A stretch of DNA of 64,000 nt from the human T2T-CHM13v2.0 reference genome, Homo sapiens. The DNA lies in the NCBI RefSeq assembly GCF_009914755.1, contig NC_060947.1. The stretch is one strand, 5' to 3'. The notes beneath the pieces are model-generated. The model saw only the letters and a list, made by a program, of their open reading frames with translations, was not told the origin of the DNA and made no database searches. Shown here one piece after another: positions 1 through 23,038 of this stretch. How positions within the stretch are numbered: position 1 is the stretch's first letter; every line of letters starts with the position of its first letter. The position numbers and the translations under genes are program-made.

Positions 1-255
1 TATGTTGCCCAGGCTGGTCTTGAACTCCTGGGCTAAAGGGGTCCTCCCACCTCAGCTTCCCAAAGTGCTGGGATTACAGGCATGAACCACTGTCCCTGGC
101 CAAAAATATAAAAGAATTTATATAAAAATTTACAGCCGGGCACGGTGGCTCAGGCCTGTAATCCCAGCAGCACTCTGGGAGGCTGAGGCGGGTGGATCAC
201 AAGGTCAGGAGATCGAGACCATACTAGCTAACATGGTGAAACCCCGTCTCTACTA

Positions 256-3910
<3,655 letters not shown>

Positions 3911-3999
3911 TGTCTAGGACCACAGAACTTTAAACATTATTATGAGTTTGTCCTTTCCTCAAAGTCACTAAAGAAATTTCACCTAGAGCAGAAAAGTGA

Positions 4000-4260
<261 letters not shown>

Positions 4261-4449
4261 TAGCCAGGATGGTCTCAGTCTCATGACCTCGTGATCCACC
4301 TGCCTCGGCCTCCCAAAGTGCTGGGATAATAATAAGAATAAATTCTTACTATTACAAATAAGAATTTCTAGTATTTGGTCAGGCGCGGTGGCTCACGCCT
4401 GTAATCCCAGCACTTTGGGAGGCCGAGGCAGGTGGATTGCTTGAGCTCA

Positions 4450-4662
<213 letters not shown>

Positions 4663-4890
4663 TCAAAAAAAAGAATGTCTAATTTTTATTCACTAATATT
4701 GTGTACATCACCGGGACCTCCTTGAGATAGGTTTCTATGGACATGCTTGTAAGAATTGAAGTAGAAGTAAAATATTAATTCAGAAAATAAAGTGTCCACA
4801 GGGCGCGGTGGCTCACACCTGTAATCACAGCACTTTGGGAGGCCGACGCGGGCGGATCACGAGTTCAGGAGATCAAGACCATCCTGATTA

Positions 4891-5166
<276 letters not shown>

Positions 5167-5189
5167 CTATGACAGTGAGTTATTTTGAT

Positions 5190-5416
5190 TGGTGGTTCTC
5201 AACTAAGAAAGATTTTGCTCCCCACCCCCACCCCCAGGGACATTTAGCAATGTCTGGAGACATTGGCTGTCACAAGCTGGGGTGGAGGGATGCTCCTGGT
5301 ATCTAGTGCGTAGAGGCCAGGGATGCTGCTCAGCATCCTACAGTGCACAGGACAGTCTTTCGCAATAAATAATTATCCAACCCAAAATACCAACAGTACT
5401 GAGGTTGGGAAACTCT
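5190..5416 (+). mobile_element. MER20 (hAT)
   Basis: GTGGTTCTCAAC...GGACATTTAGCAATGTCTGGAGACATT...GTAGAGGCCAGGGATGCTGCT...GAGGTTGGGAAAC. Confidence 0.9.
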
Positions 5417-5541
5417 ATTTTGATGAATGTAAAAAAAAAAAATTTAGGGCGTCTAGAAGAAAAAAGTCTGATATAAAGAAATAATTGTAGGCCAGGCTCG
5501 GTGGCTCACACCTGTACTAAAAATACAAAAAATTAGTACTA

Positions 5542-6405
<864 letters not shown>

Positions 6406-6419
6406 ACTAGAGCATAGAC

Positions 6420-6960
<541 letters not shown>

Positions 6961-7150
6961 TATTTTTACAATATACTATGTGTAGCTTCTTTTTCCCAAT
7001 CTTTTGGTCGCTCTCAATTTCCCACAGCAGGAAATCTAATTTTATTATCATGATACACAAAACCCTTAAAGATCTTCTCCCTTCCTACCTCTCCAGTATT
7101 GTTTACCCTTTTTTGTTGTTTGTTTGTTTGTTTTGTTTGTTTTATTTTGA

Positions 7151-7521
<371 letters not shown>

Positions 7522-7614
7522 TAATCCTAGTATTTTGGGAGGCTGAGGTGGGCAGATCACTTGAGGTCAGGAATTGGAGACCAGACTGGCCAGCATGGTG
7601 AAACCCCGTCTCTA

Positions 7615-7911
<297 letters not shown>

Positions 7912-8179
7912 CTACCATTTTGCTTTAATTGCTTTAGATTATTTTTTAGCTTCTGAGTATCTTTTTAACTTTTTTATTATGGACAATTTTGAACATACAC
8001 AAAAGTAGATAGAATACTGTAATGAATCTCCACCACCCAACTTCAATAATTATCAACATTTTACCAGTATTGCTGTTCCAGGTCGTTTAAGGAAATTAAA
8101 CATGACAGATTCAGTTGAAACTAAATGAATTAATTTTGAAATTTTATTTTCTGCATCTACTGGACTGATACGTTTTTGA

Positions 8180-8407
<228 letters not shown>

Positions 8408-8714
8408 TAGAGATGGGGTCTCACTATGTTGCCCAGGCTGATTTTTTTTAATCTGTTATTTTGGTGCATTACATTAATAGGTTTTCTGATGTGTTCTTTT
8501 CATTCCTTTGGTAAACTTACTTGGTCACTAATTATTATTATTATTTCTATACAGTGTTAGATTTTAGTTTACTTAGGATTTTTATATCACTGTTCATAAA
8601 TAAAATTGGTTTATAATTTTCTTTTTCCATATCATCCTTGTCCTGCTTTGGTATGTTATACTAGTCTCATACAATGAGCTGGATATTAAAAATAATATAT
8701 ATTCTCCATTTCTT

Positions 8715-9162
8715 TTTGTTTGTTTTATTTTATTTTATTTTTAATTTTATTATTATTATACTTTAAGTTTTAGGGTACATGTGCACAACGTGCAGGTTTG
8801 TTACCTATGTATACATGTGCCATGTTGGTGCGCTGCACCCATTAACTCGTCATTTACATTAGGTATATCTCCTAATGCTATCCCTCCCCCCTCCCCCACC
8901 CCACAACAGTCCCCAGTGTGTGATGTTCCCCTTCCTGTGCCCATGTGTTCTCATTGTTCAATTCCCACCTATGAGTGAGAACATGTGGTGTTTGGTTTTT
9001 TGTCCTTGTGATAGTTTGCTGAGAATGATGGTTTCCAGTTTCATCCATGTCCCTACAAAGGACATGAACTCATCATTTTTTATGGCTGCATAGTATTCCA
9101 AATGTCCAACAATGATAGACTGGATTAAGAAAATGTGACACATATACACCATGGAATACTAT
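8715..9162 (-). mobile_element. L1PA (PA3/PA4-like) 3' end with 5' inversion
   Basis: L1 3' UTR on the minus strand (8715-9100), inverted piece at 9098-9162, TSD ATATATTCTCCATTTCTT (8697-8714 / 9161-9178). Confidence 0.92.
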
Positions 9163-9284
9163 ATATTCTCCATTTCTTAGGCATGAAGTTTTACATTAAA
9201 TATTTGCTCAAGTTTGTTGGTTGTGTTTTACAAAACTTCTAAATTCTATATTCAACCCATATATCCTATTTAATTATTTATTGA

Positions 9285-9443
<159 letters not shown>

Positions 9444-9982
9444 TAGTAGAGACGGGGTTTGTCCATTTTGGTCAGGCTGGTCTCAAACTCCCGACCGCAG
9501 GTAATCCACCCACCTTGGCCTTCCAAAGTATTGGGATTATAGGCATGAGCCACCGCACCCGGCCTCTATATATTTATTTTTATATTCTTACTATTTTCTA
9601 GTTTGTGTAATCTATCAATAAAAATCATGAGTTTTGTTAACTTCTCACAATATAATTATGGATTATAAGTTTCTTCTTGTAATTCTATCAGTTCGAACCT
9701 GTGATGTTAGTTGAATAAGAGTTCTTGAAGCAATGTCATCTCCTTAATTTTAAATTTTCTATGTTGCTTTGTTTAGCTGTGACTTTTATAAGCTCTGTAT
9801 AGCTGGATTTTGTTTTATTTACTTGAACTGATAGCCTTCGTCATTTGTTGGGTTCATCTGTAACTATTTCTGATGATTACCAATTTTATCTTCTTACTAT
9901 TGTTTTCTGTTCACAATCCTTTTTCTCTTGTTTCCTCTTCCTCTGCTACTTTATGTAGATTACATTTCTATAATTTTTGTGA

Positions 9983-10232
<250 letters not shown>

Positions 10233-10457
10233 TGATCCACCCACCTTGGACTCCCAAAGTGCTGGGATTATAGGTGTGAGCCACCACGCCTGACCCAATT
10301 TGTTTTCTTTTTAAGGTATTAGTCAACAGGTAATTAAATTTTCTGACATATTTTGTCAATTTCTGTTCTCACTGCTGTTAGATACCACACCTCATCTCTA
10401 GGCTCACTTTTTTTTTTTATTGTTTTTTCTTTTTGAGCTCACTTTTGTTCTTGCTGA

Positions 10458-10702
<245 letters not shown>

Positions 10703-10938
10703 TGAACTCCTGACCTCGTGATCCAGCCGCCTTGGCCTCCCAAAGTGCTGGGATTATAGGCATGAGCCACCACACACAGCCCCTTTAATAATTCTTTTAG
10801 GTCAGATGCAGTGGCTCATGCCTGTAATCTTAGCACTTTGGGAGGCCGAGGCAGGAGGATTACTTGAGCTCAGGAGTTCAAGACCAGCCTGGGCAACATA
10901 GTGAAACCCTATCTTTACAAATAATAAAAAAAAAATTA

Positions 10939-11070
<132 letters not shown>

Positions 11071-11319
11071 CTATCTCATAAAAAAAAAAAAAATCTCTCC
11101 ATGAACGTGTATGGGTGACAAAGTCTCCAAGCATGTATGTATGAAAAGGTCCTTATTTTGCCACCATTTAAAAAATGATATTTTAGCAGGGCATAAATGT
11201 CTAGGTTGCATTTCCCTCCGATATTACTCCATTGTCTGTCGAGTTCATGAGGAATCTGCTATTAGAACAATTGTTGTACCTTTGAAAGCAATTTTTTGGC
11301 CGCTGTGATAACCTTTTAG

Positions 11320-11610
<291 letters not shown>

Positions 11611-12168
11611 TGATCCGCCCACCTCAGCCTCCCAACATGCTGGGATTACAGGTGTGAGCCACCGCATCTGGCCTGTAGATTCTTTTATGCTGTTTGATAT
11701 TCATCTAAGGACTTATGCTTTTAATTTTGAAAAATTATTAGTTATTACATCTTGAAATAGTGCTTCTCTTCTATTTATTTTCTTTTTCTTTTTTTTTTTT
11801 TTTTTTGAGACGGCGTCTCACTCTGTCACCCAGGCTGGAGTGCAGTGATGCAATCTTGGCTCACTGCAACTTCTGCCTCTTGGGTTCAAGCGATTCTTCT
11901 GCCTCAGCCTCCCAAGTGCTGGGACTACAGGCTCATGCCACCACACCCAGCTAATTTTTTGTATTTTTAGTAAAGACGGGGTTTCACCACGTTAGCCAGG
12001 CTGGTCTCGAACTCCTGACCTCATGATCTGCCCACCTTGGCCTCCCAAAGTGCTGGGATTACAGGCGTGAGCCACCACACCCAGCCTATTTATCTTTCAT
12101 ATCTCTTAACTACCCCTTTCATATTTGTTTGGTTTTTTATATATTTTTTATTTATTTATTTTTTTTGA

Positions 12169-12693
<525 letters not shown>

Positions 12694-13479
12694 TAATTCA
12701 CAAAATTGTCCTTTTTTTTTTTTTTGGACGGAGTCTCACTCTGTCTCCCAGGCTGGAGTGCAGTGGCGCGATCTCGGCTCACCACAACCTCCACTCCCGG
12801 GTTCAGGCAATTCTCCTGCCTCAGCCTCCCAAGTAGCTGGGATTACAGGCGCCGGCCACCGTGCCCGGCTAATTTTTGTATTTTCTTTTCTTTCTTTTTT
12901 TTTTCCGAGACAGGGTCTCAGTTTGTCACCCAAACTGGAGTGCAGTGGTGCAGTCTTGGCTCACTGCAGCCTTGACCTCCTGGGCTCAGGCGATTCTCCC
13001 ACCTCAACCCCCAAGTAGCTGGGACTACAGCCGTGTGCCACCATGACCTGCTAATTTTTTTGTATTTTTAGTATAGATGGGTTTTCACCATGTTGCCTGG
13101 GCTGGTCTTGAACCCCTGGACTCAAGCAATCTGCCCACCTCAGCATCCCAAAGTGTTAGGATTACAGGCATGAGCCACCGCATCCGGCTGGCATCTACTT
13201 TTTTAAAAAAAACATTTTATTTTATCTTTTATTCATTCATTTTATTATCATAGCCATACATAATCAAATAATTAGAAATTATTGTCCAAAAGAAAATTTC
13301 CCACAATCTCATTAGTCAGAGATAACGTCCTTTAAAATTTTGCTGTATATCCTTCCATACATTTTTTCAATGATTAGTATTCTTATTTTCTACAAAATGG
13401 AGTCCAGCTATCCAAATAACTTAACCACTTTTTCCTGATAACAGTATTGCAGATATTTTTCTTTCTAACTTTTAAATAT

Positions 13480-13985
13480 ATTTTTAAATTGACGCATAAT
13501 AATTGTACATATTTACGAAATACATAGTGATGTTTTGATACATATAGTGAGCAGATCATGGTAATTAGCATATCCATCATCTCAAACATTTATCGCTTCT
13601 TTTGTTGAGAACATTCAATATCCTCCTTCTAGCTATTTGAAACTATATGTTATTGCTAACTAGAGTCACAGTACAGTGCTATGGAACACTAGAAATAATT
13701 CCTCCTATCTAGCTGTAATTTTGTATCCTTTCACAAATCTCTCCCTATCTCCTCTTCTTCTGCTGTTCCCAGACTCTACTATCCTCTGTTCTACTTTTTA
13801 CTTCTGTGAGATCAACTTTTTTTTTTTTTAGCTTCCACATATGAGTGAGACCATGCAGTGTTTAACTTTCTGTTCCTGGTTTATTTCACCTAACATAATG
13901 TCCTCCAGTTCCATTCATGTTGCTGCAAATGACAGGATTTCATTCTCTTTTATGGCTGAGTAGTACTCCATTGTGTTTATATATA
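13480..13985 (-). mobile_element. L1MA 3' end
   Basis: TAATAATTGTACATATTTA...CTTCCACATATGAGTGAGA...GCTGCAAATGACAGGATTTCATTC are L1MA 3' UTR/ORF2-end motifs. Confidence 0.8.
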
Positions 13986-14748
13986 ATATTTTAAGAAATT
14001 GATGCTTTTTCATATCCACCTATGCTTATTTCTTTTCTGTTAATTTTTTATTTATAATTCCACTCTCTTTGGAATAAAAATTATTCTATAATTCTCTTTG
14101 AACATCCTAATATATGTATTTTTAAATCTTTGACAGACTATTCCATAAGTTATTGCCTGCAGTGAATTTATTATTAGGTTATTGATTTATAGTTTATCTT
14201 TCTTGGTCTTAGATTTTTTTTAATGTGTTTTTGGCATTTTGACTTGTAGGCTCTTTTGAATGATGAGTGGATGGGTCTCCATCTTCCTCTATCTTTTTCA
14301 CATCCTCCCTAGCATTTTGACATTGCCTTCACCCCACCCCCAGGGACTCCAGTTCAAAATCAAGCTTTATGACAGCATTTCTAGGGTCTTTCAGATGGTA
14401 TCCAGCGGATGATTTGATCCACTTCTAAGTGCCAAGGCTGTATCCGTGTCCTCCCACCTTCCTACATGCATAGTTTACTAAAAGCCATAGATTGACAATA
14501 GCTTTTCTCCTCCTAGCCTCTTTACTGGGTGAGGTGGTGCCATTCCAACCACTGACCTTAATCAGAGACCCAGATCACTGTCCTTGTATGGATTCTGTTT
14601 AGCTCCCTTTATCCTGCATAATCACCAGCAGTTTCCAGATCCAGTGCCTCCCGAACCTGAGGCTTTAGGTCCTCATCCTTTCCTATCTCTGTTCCATTTC
14701 TATCTAAGCAGTTGCTTATCCCACTTTTTTTTAAAATTTTAATTTTAA

Positions 14749-14972
<224 letters not shown>

Positions 14973-15379
14973 TGATCGGCCTGCCTCGGCCTCCCAAAGT
15001 GCTGGGATTACAGGCGTGAGTCACCACGCCCGGATAATTTTTGTATTTTTAGTAGAAATAGGGTTTCACCATGTTGACCAGGCTGATCTCAAACTCCTGA
15101 CCTCAGGTGATCTGCCCGCCTCGGCCTCCCAAAGTGCTGGGATTACAGGCATGAGCCACCGCACCCAGCCTGCTTATCCTACTTTTAAATTTGTCCATAA
15201 GTTTTTCCTGTTTTGCTTTTATATTATATTTATAGATATTTTGAATTTAGACGGGAGAGGGTCTATCATGCACTATCTTACCGGGACATCAATTCCATAA
15301 CTTTTCCAAGTTCTTCTTTTGTCTACAACAAACTTCCAGCACTGGTCTGCTTCCAAATCTTCAAAACTACTCTGAGGCT

Positions 15380-16260
<881 letters not shown>

Positions 16261-17402
16261 TTGACAAACTTTTCATATTTCACATCTATGCCGAAGATTG
16301 GCATAGGGGTTTCATATTTATAACACATTCGAGAAAAATTTCTGATCTCAAAATTTCATCTGGAATGTAAATGGTGTAATATTTTGATAAAGTTATTGGA
16401 AATTATCCACAACAATTTAGGAAATGTAATAAATAAAAACATCTTGTGTAAAATTGTCATTCTCCCAGAGTTTGCATAATTTCTCTTGATGAGGCATATA
16501 ACTGTTGAAGCATTTGCTTAATTGATAATTTGTGCATGATTTTCTAAACTTTGGAACATAATTATCATCACTTGTGTCTGAGTTAACACTGAAATGAAAC
16601 ACTTTGGTGGAATGTTTTAGACACTAACAAAGTTTTAAAGACAGGAAATAAGGAATAAGAAAGAGAGAATTTTTGATTAACATAACAACAGCAGGCTTCT
16701 GTCAAGCACCATACAACTTAGCATGTCTCAGGGTGAATAAATTTGGACATAATCAGGGCATTAATCTAAAGCAAAATTGAGTGAGATTCTAACTAGTCAA
16801 GCCAAGATCAGAAGACTTTAGTTTGTTTTTGTTTTTTTGTAGAGATGAGGTCTCACTGTGTTGTCCAGGCTGGTCTTGAACCCCTGGGCTCAAGCAATCC
16901 TCCTGCCTCAGCTTCCCAAAGTGCTGGGATTACAGGTGTGAGCCACCATGCCCATCCAAAAGACTTTAGTTTTCATTTCAATTTTTGATTACCTATTTGA
17001 ATGTGGTCAAGACGTTTAAAATCTCCATTTCTCAGTTTCCTTATCTTTCAAAAGGAATTACCATTGAGGATCCTTCCAATTCCCCTAGTCTGTAATTCAA
17101 GAATCTGGTCTACGCGTAATCTTATTTTTCAATTTCTCATTCATTAATACCTACCCTGCTTACTTCATAGGTCTGTTGGGAGGATTAGATGAAATAATGA
17201 ATATAAAGGAGTTTTGAAAAGTTAAAAATGCTTTGCAAATGTAAAGTATAATAATGATATAGGATTTTAAAATCATGCTGATAAAATTGTTTTGAAACTG
17301 AACAAGACTCAGTTGGATGCTAGCAGAATCTTATTGCACAAGTGTTAAACTGGGTCATAAAGAGGATGTAATAAAAGAGTGTTTGCTCTGCAAGGGACCT
17401 TA

Positions 17403-17606
<204 letters not shown>

Positions 17607-17763
17607 TCAGGAGGCTCAGGCAAGAGGATCGCTTGAGCCTAGGAGTTCAAGGTTGCGGTGGGCTGTGATCATACCACTGCACTACAGCCTGGGCGACAGG
17701 GCAGAAACTGAGTTCCAGAGAAGGGGTACCAAATGTCACAGAGAAACAAATAACACCTTGTAC

Positions 17764-18838
17764 TGTGGTTACTATTGATGTATAACATATCACCCCAAAA
17801 TTAGAGACTTAGAACAACAACAACCATTTTATTATCTCTCATAGTTTCTGTGGGTCAGTAATCTGGGAAGGGCTCATCTGGGAGTCCAGTTCGAGGCCTT
17901 TTATTGGGTTGCAGTCAGATGGTGGCAGGTGCTGGAATGGCAGGGAGCAGGGCACTGGGGCAGCTGTGCTGATCAGAGTCAGTCTCTTCCCGTAGGCTCA
18001 GCATCTTGCCCTATAGCCTCTCCAAGTGGACTGCTTTGGCTTCCTCACAGCATGGCAGCCTCAGGGCAGTCAGACTGTTTACTAGCTACGAACAGCTTCA
18101 AGAGAGACTATTGCAGCGAAACAGCTGGGAGCTGCATTGCCTTTCATGACTCAGCCTTGGAAGTCTCACAGTGTCGCTATTGCTCTAACTGGTCAAAACC
18201 GTCATAAAAGCCCACTTTTATGGTGGAATTATTACCGCTGGAGGATGTTCAGGTTTTTGGTGTCCTGAACAAAGAATTGGACAAAACGCACAAACAAAGC
18301 AAGGAAAGAATGAAGCAACAAAAGCAGAGATTTTTTGAAAATAAAAGCACACTTCACAGGGCAGGAGCGGGCCTGAGAAAGGGGCTCCAGGGCCCAGTTA
18401 CAGAATTTTCTGAAGTTTGAATACCCTCTAGAGATTTCCATTGGTTACTTGGCGTACGCCCTCTGTAGATGAATGGGCTAAGTGAAGTCACAAAGTTATT
18501 TACTTGGTGTACACCCTATGCAAATGAAGAGGATGTTTCCTGCCGTAGCTGAAGTAGAGTTGCAAAGTTATTTACTTGGGATTAGAAGGTTGGGGTTTTT
18601 CCATTTAATTTAGTTCTTAGGATCCCTGTCTCCAGGCCCTATTCTCCTGCCTCAGAATGTTTTAGACACTAACAAAGTTTTAAAGACAGCAAATAAGGAA
18701 CTCCAACTCCTACAATTTCTAGGGAATGGGACATAGATCACACCTCTTGATGGGAAGAGTGTCAAGATCATGTTCTGAGAAGAGTAGGTGGGATGGTAGA
18801 TATTGTGTGGCCTTCTTTGGAAAATACAATCTGCCATG
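17764..18838 (-). mobile_element. MLT1 (MLT1F/G-like) MaLR LTR, interrupted by a templated insert and the MER61-like LTR
   Basis: Left part ...CACCCCAAAA...TTTATTATCTCTCATAGTTTCTGTGGGTCAG and right part ...GGCCTTCTTTGGAAAATACAATCTGCCA match the two halves of MLT1F/G. Confidence 0.75.
18230..18654 (-). mobile_element. ERV1 solo LTR, MER61-like (MER51/MER61 group)
   Basis: The minus strand starts TGAGGCAGGAGAATAGGG and ends ...CCTCCAGCGGTAATA. Flanked by a 4-bp TSD GAAT (18226-18229 / 18655-18658). Confidence 0.8.
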
Positions 18839-18912
18839 CTCTGTTCCAAGCTCTTTTGCTTCTGCATACTTACATAGCATTTTGCATAAATTTGGTTATC
18901 AAATTAAGCTGA

Positions 18913-19071
<159 letters not shown>

Positions 19072-19838
19072 TAGCTGGAATTACAGGCATGTGCCACCAT
19101 GCCCAACTAATTTTTGTATTTTTAGTAGAGACGGGGTTTCGCCATGTTGGCCAGGCTGGTCTCAAACTTCTGATCTCAGGTGATCTGCCTGCCTCGGCCT
19201 CCCAAAGTGCTGGGATTACAGGTGTGAGCCACCGCACCCGACCCCTATTTTCTTATAGAAAGAAAAATATTATTATCAAGTTATTTAAACATAATAATCT
19301 GATTATAGCACCAAGAGGGTGTCTAATCCCATGCATTTGATTTCCTTCTCCCAGCTTCCTCATCTTTTTTTTTTTTTTTTTTTTTTGAGACGGTGTGTAG
19401 CTTTATAGCCCAGGCTGGAGTGCAGTGGCTAGATCTCGGCTCACTGCAACCTCCGCCTCCCAGGTCCTGGTTCAAGCAATTCTCCTGCCTCAGCCTCCAA
19501 GTAGCTGGGATTATAGGCATGTGCCGCCATGCCCAGCTAATTTTTTTATTTTTAGTAGAGACGGGGTTTCACTATGTTGGCCAGGCTGGTCTTGAACTCC
19601 TAACCTCGTGATCTGCACGCCTCAGCCTTCCAAAGTGCTGAGATTACAGGCATGAGCCACCACGCCTGGTCCAGCTTCTTCATCTTACATGGTAGAAAGA
19701 CAATTGTTAGCCCGAGCGCAGTGGCTCATGCCTGTAATCCCAGCACTTTGAGGGGCTGAAGTGGGGGGATCACCTGAGGCCAGGAGTTCAAGAACAGCCT
19801 GGCCAACATGGTGAAACCTCATCTCTACTAAAAATTCA

Positions 19839-20018
<180 letters not shown>

Positions 20019-20069
20019 CTATACGTCAATAAAAAGCAAAGAAATAGCGATGCAAACATGTTATCTAGA

Positions 20070-20576
20070 GGTGCTCTGTCCAACACAGTAGCCACTAACC
20101 ATGTATGGTTATTGAGCACTTGAAATATGGGATGAAGAACTGAATTTTTTATTTAAATGTAATTTAACTGAATTTAACTTAGCCTAATTTAAATTTAAAA
20201 ATTGATATTCAATCCAGTCATTGGAAAAATTTAAGAATATTTGGAACAACTTGGGTATGTGAATCTACTTTTTCAATTATAAATTTCATGAAATCTAAAT
20301 ACAGATCAAGTATTGCCAATGAAAATTTAACATCTAACTTGAAATGTGCTCTAAGTGTAAAATACACAGCAGATTTTAAAGACTTGGTACCAAAAAATGT
20401 AAAATATCGAAATGATTTCTTATATTGATTACATGCTAAAATGATAATGTTTTGGTAAATTGAGTTTTATAAAATGTATTGCTAAAATTGAGTTCATATT
20501 TTACTTTTTAATGTGGCTGTTAGAAAGTTTTTAATTATATACGTGGCTTGCATTCTATTTGTATTAGACAGCTCTG
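20070..20576. mobile_element. Charlie-family (MER3/MER33-related) non-autonomous hAT element
   Basis: TGTCCAACACAGTAGCCACTAACCATGTATGG ... TGTGCTCTAAGTGTAAAATACAC ... TATTAGACAGCTCTG, with ATCTAGAG on both flanks. Confidence 0.8.
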
Positions 20577-21015
20577 ATCTAGAGACAGAGAGGTAAGTAC
20601 CAAAATAACCATGTAAAAGGTGAAGGTGGTTTTTCATAACAAAACTTCTAGTTTTGTAGTTTTATTATGAAGTAATTGACAGTTTAAACTACATGCACAT
20701 ATAACTTTGATAGAAAAATATGGAAATATGGAAGGAAGGAAGGCCCTCTGGTCCTAGATCTCACCACTTTGCTTAGGAAGTTACTTTGGTGGCTAGCTTC
20801 CATCTGAACACGAAAATAGCATGTGCATATTTATTGATGTGTAAACTGTAAACAACTTTTCAACTCTGGAGACCTCATCTTCTCTGTCAACATTTGATAT
20901 CCAATTTTGCCATAAAACATTCCTTTGGCTTTACTTACAGCTGGATGAGACCATAGAAATACTCCCATTTTACAGATGAGGAAGCCAAGGCTGAGACACT
21001 TTAAGAGTCTGCTCA

Positions 21016-21393
<378 letters not shown>

Positions 21394-21703
21394 CTATATA
21401 AAAAATAGTGTGTGCATTATATTATTCTAAATCATCATACATTTAATGATTATATGTTTTGGACAAAGAAGTAAAATGTTCTCCTTCAATGTTGTGGATC
21501 TCCAACTTCTATAGTCAAGAAAATACACATTTCAAAAATTTTTTTTATTTCGAAAATCTTTTCATTTCCTTTTTTTTATTTTTTATTTTATTTTAAGACT
21601 TAGTCTCACTCTGTGACCCAGGCTGGAGAGCAGTGGTGCAATCTTGGCTCATTGCAACTTCCACCTCCCAGATTCAAGCAATTCTCCTGCCTCAGCCTTC
21701 TGA

Positions 21704-21967
<264 letters not shown>

Positions 21968-22273
21968 TGAAAACTAGTTGGGGAAATAAGATCTCAACCA
22001 AACTCTAGATCAAAAAACCCTACAGAAAGCAGTCTACTTTAAAAAGCCATTTTCTTTGTGAAAATTGCCTTTCTTTCATAAGCTAAGCACATATTTAAGA
22101 ATACCTACCAAGTGCAAGGCACTGCGTTGGATGTTACAGGAGATAAAGAGAGACTTGGTTCTCAGATCCCATTCACTCAATGAGTTTGTAATGTAAGTGC
22201 CACTAGAAGCAGAGCTATATCTTGCTATGCAGCAATTTCTGATTACATTATAAATAGCTTCACATAAAAACTT

Positions 22274-22587
22274 TATCTTAGTCCGTTGGGGCTGCTGTAA
22301 CAAAATACCATAGACTGGGTAGCTTATAAAAAACAGAAATTTATTTCTTACAGTTCCAGATGCTGGGAAGTCCAAAATCAAGGTACCAGCAGATTTGGTG
22401 TCTAGTGGGACCATGCATTCTGATTTACAGATGACTGTCTTCTTGCTGTGTCTTCACATGGTGGAATGGGTGACAGGTATCTCCCAGGCCTCTCTTATAA
22501 GTGCACTGCCTCCTAATAACATCACCTTGGGGGTTAGGATTTCAACATATGAATTTTGCGGGGAACACAAACATTTGGCTCATAACA
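22274..22587 (-). mobile_element. MLT1A-like LTR
   Basis: TCTTAGTCCGTTGGGGCTGCTGTAACAAAATACCATAGACTGGGTAGCTTATA...GGGGTTAGGATTTCAACATATGAATTTTG...CATAACA. Confidence 0.8.
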
Positions 22588-22660
22588 AATATTCCTATTA
22601 AATTGTATAAATAAATCATTTTGAGGATATAAAATTTAGATAGAAAATATATCAACATAC

Positions 22661-23038
22661 TGATATGGTTTGGCTGTATCCCCACCTAAATCTCAGCTTG
22701 AATTGCACTTCCCATAATCCCCACCTATCATGGGAGGGACCCCATGGGAGGTAATTAAATCATGGGGGCAGTTACCCCAATGCTGCTATTCTCATGATAG
22801 TGAGTGAGTTCTCACAAGATTTGATGGTTTTATAAAGGGCTTTTCCCCCTGTTGCTCATTCTTCTCTCTCCTGCTGCCATGTGAAGAAGGACGTGTTTGC
22901 TTTCCCTTCCACCATGATTGTAAGTTTCCTAAGGCCTCCCCAGCCCTGCAGTACTGTGAGTCAATTAGACCTCTTTTCTTTATAAATTACCCAGCCTCAG
23001 GTATGTCTTTATTAGCAGTGTGAGAGCAGACTAATGCA
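22661..23038 (+). mobile_element. THE1D-like 5' LTR (MaLR)
   Basis: Starts TGATATGGTTTGGCTG and ends GACTAATGCA. Internal motifs such as GAAGAAGGACGTGTTTGCT and GATTGTAAGTTTCC fit THE1C/D. Confidence 0.9.

Noticed and set aside
16286-16306. Hairpin CTATGCCGA-AGA-TTGGCATAG and the nearby minus-strand ORF 16417-16602
   Set aside because: A stem this short is expected by chance in 64 kb. It has no miRNA, snoRNA or tRNA features, and the ORF has no recognisable homology.
18230-18654. MER61-like LTR as a p53-responsive promoter
   Set aside because: I see no paired RRRCWWGYYY site in this copy, and its TATA and AATAAA positions appear mutated.
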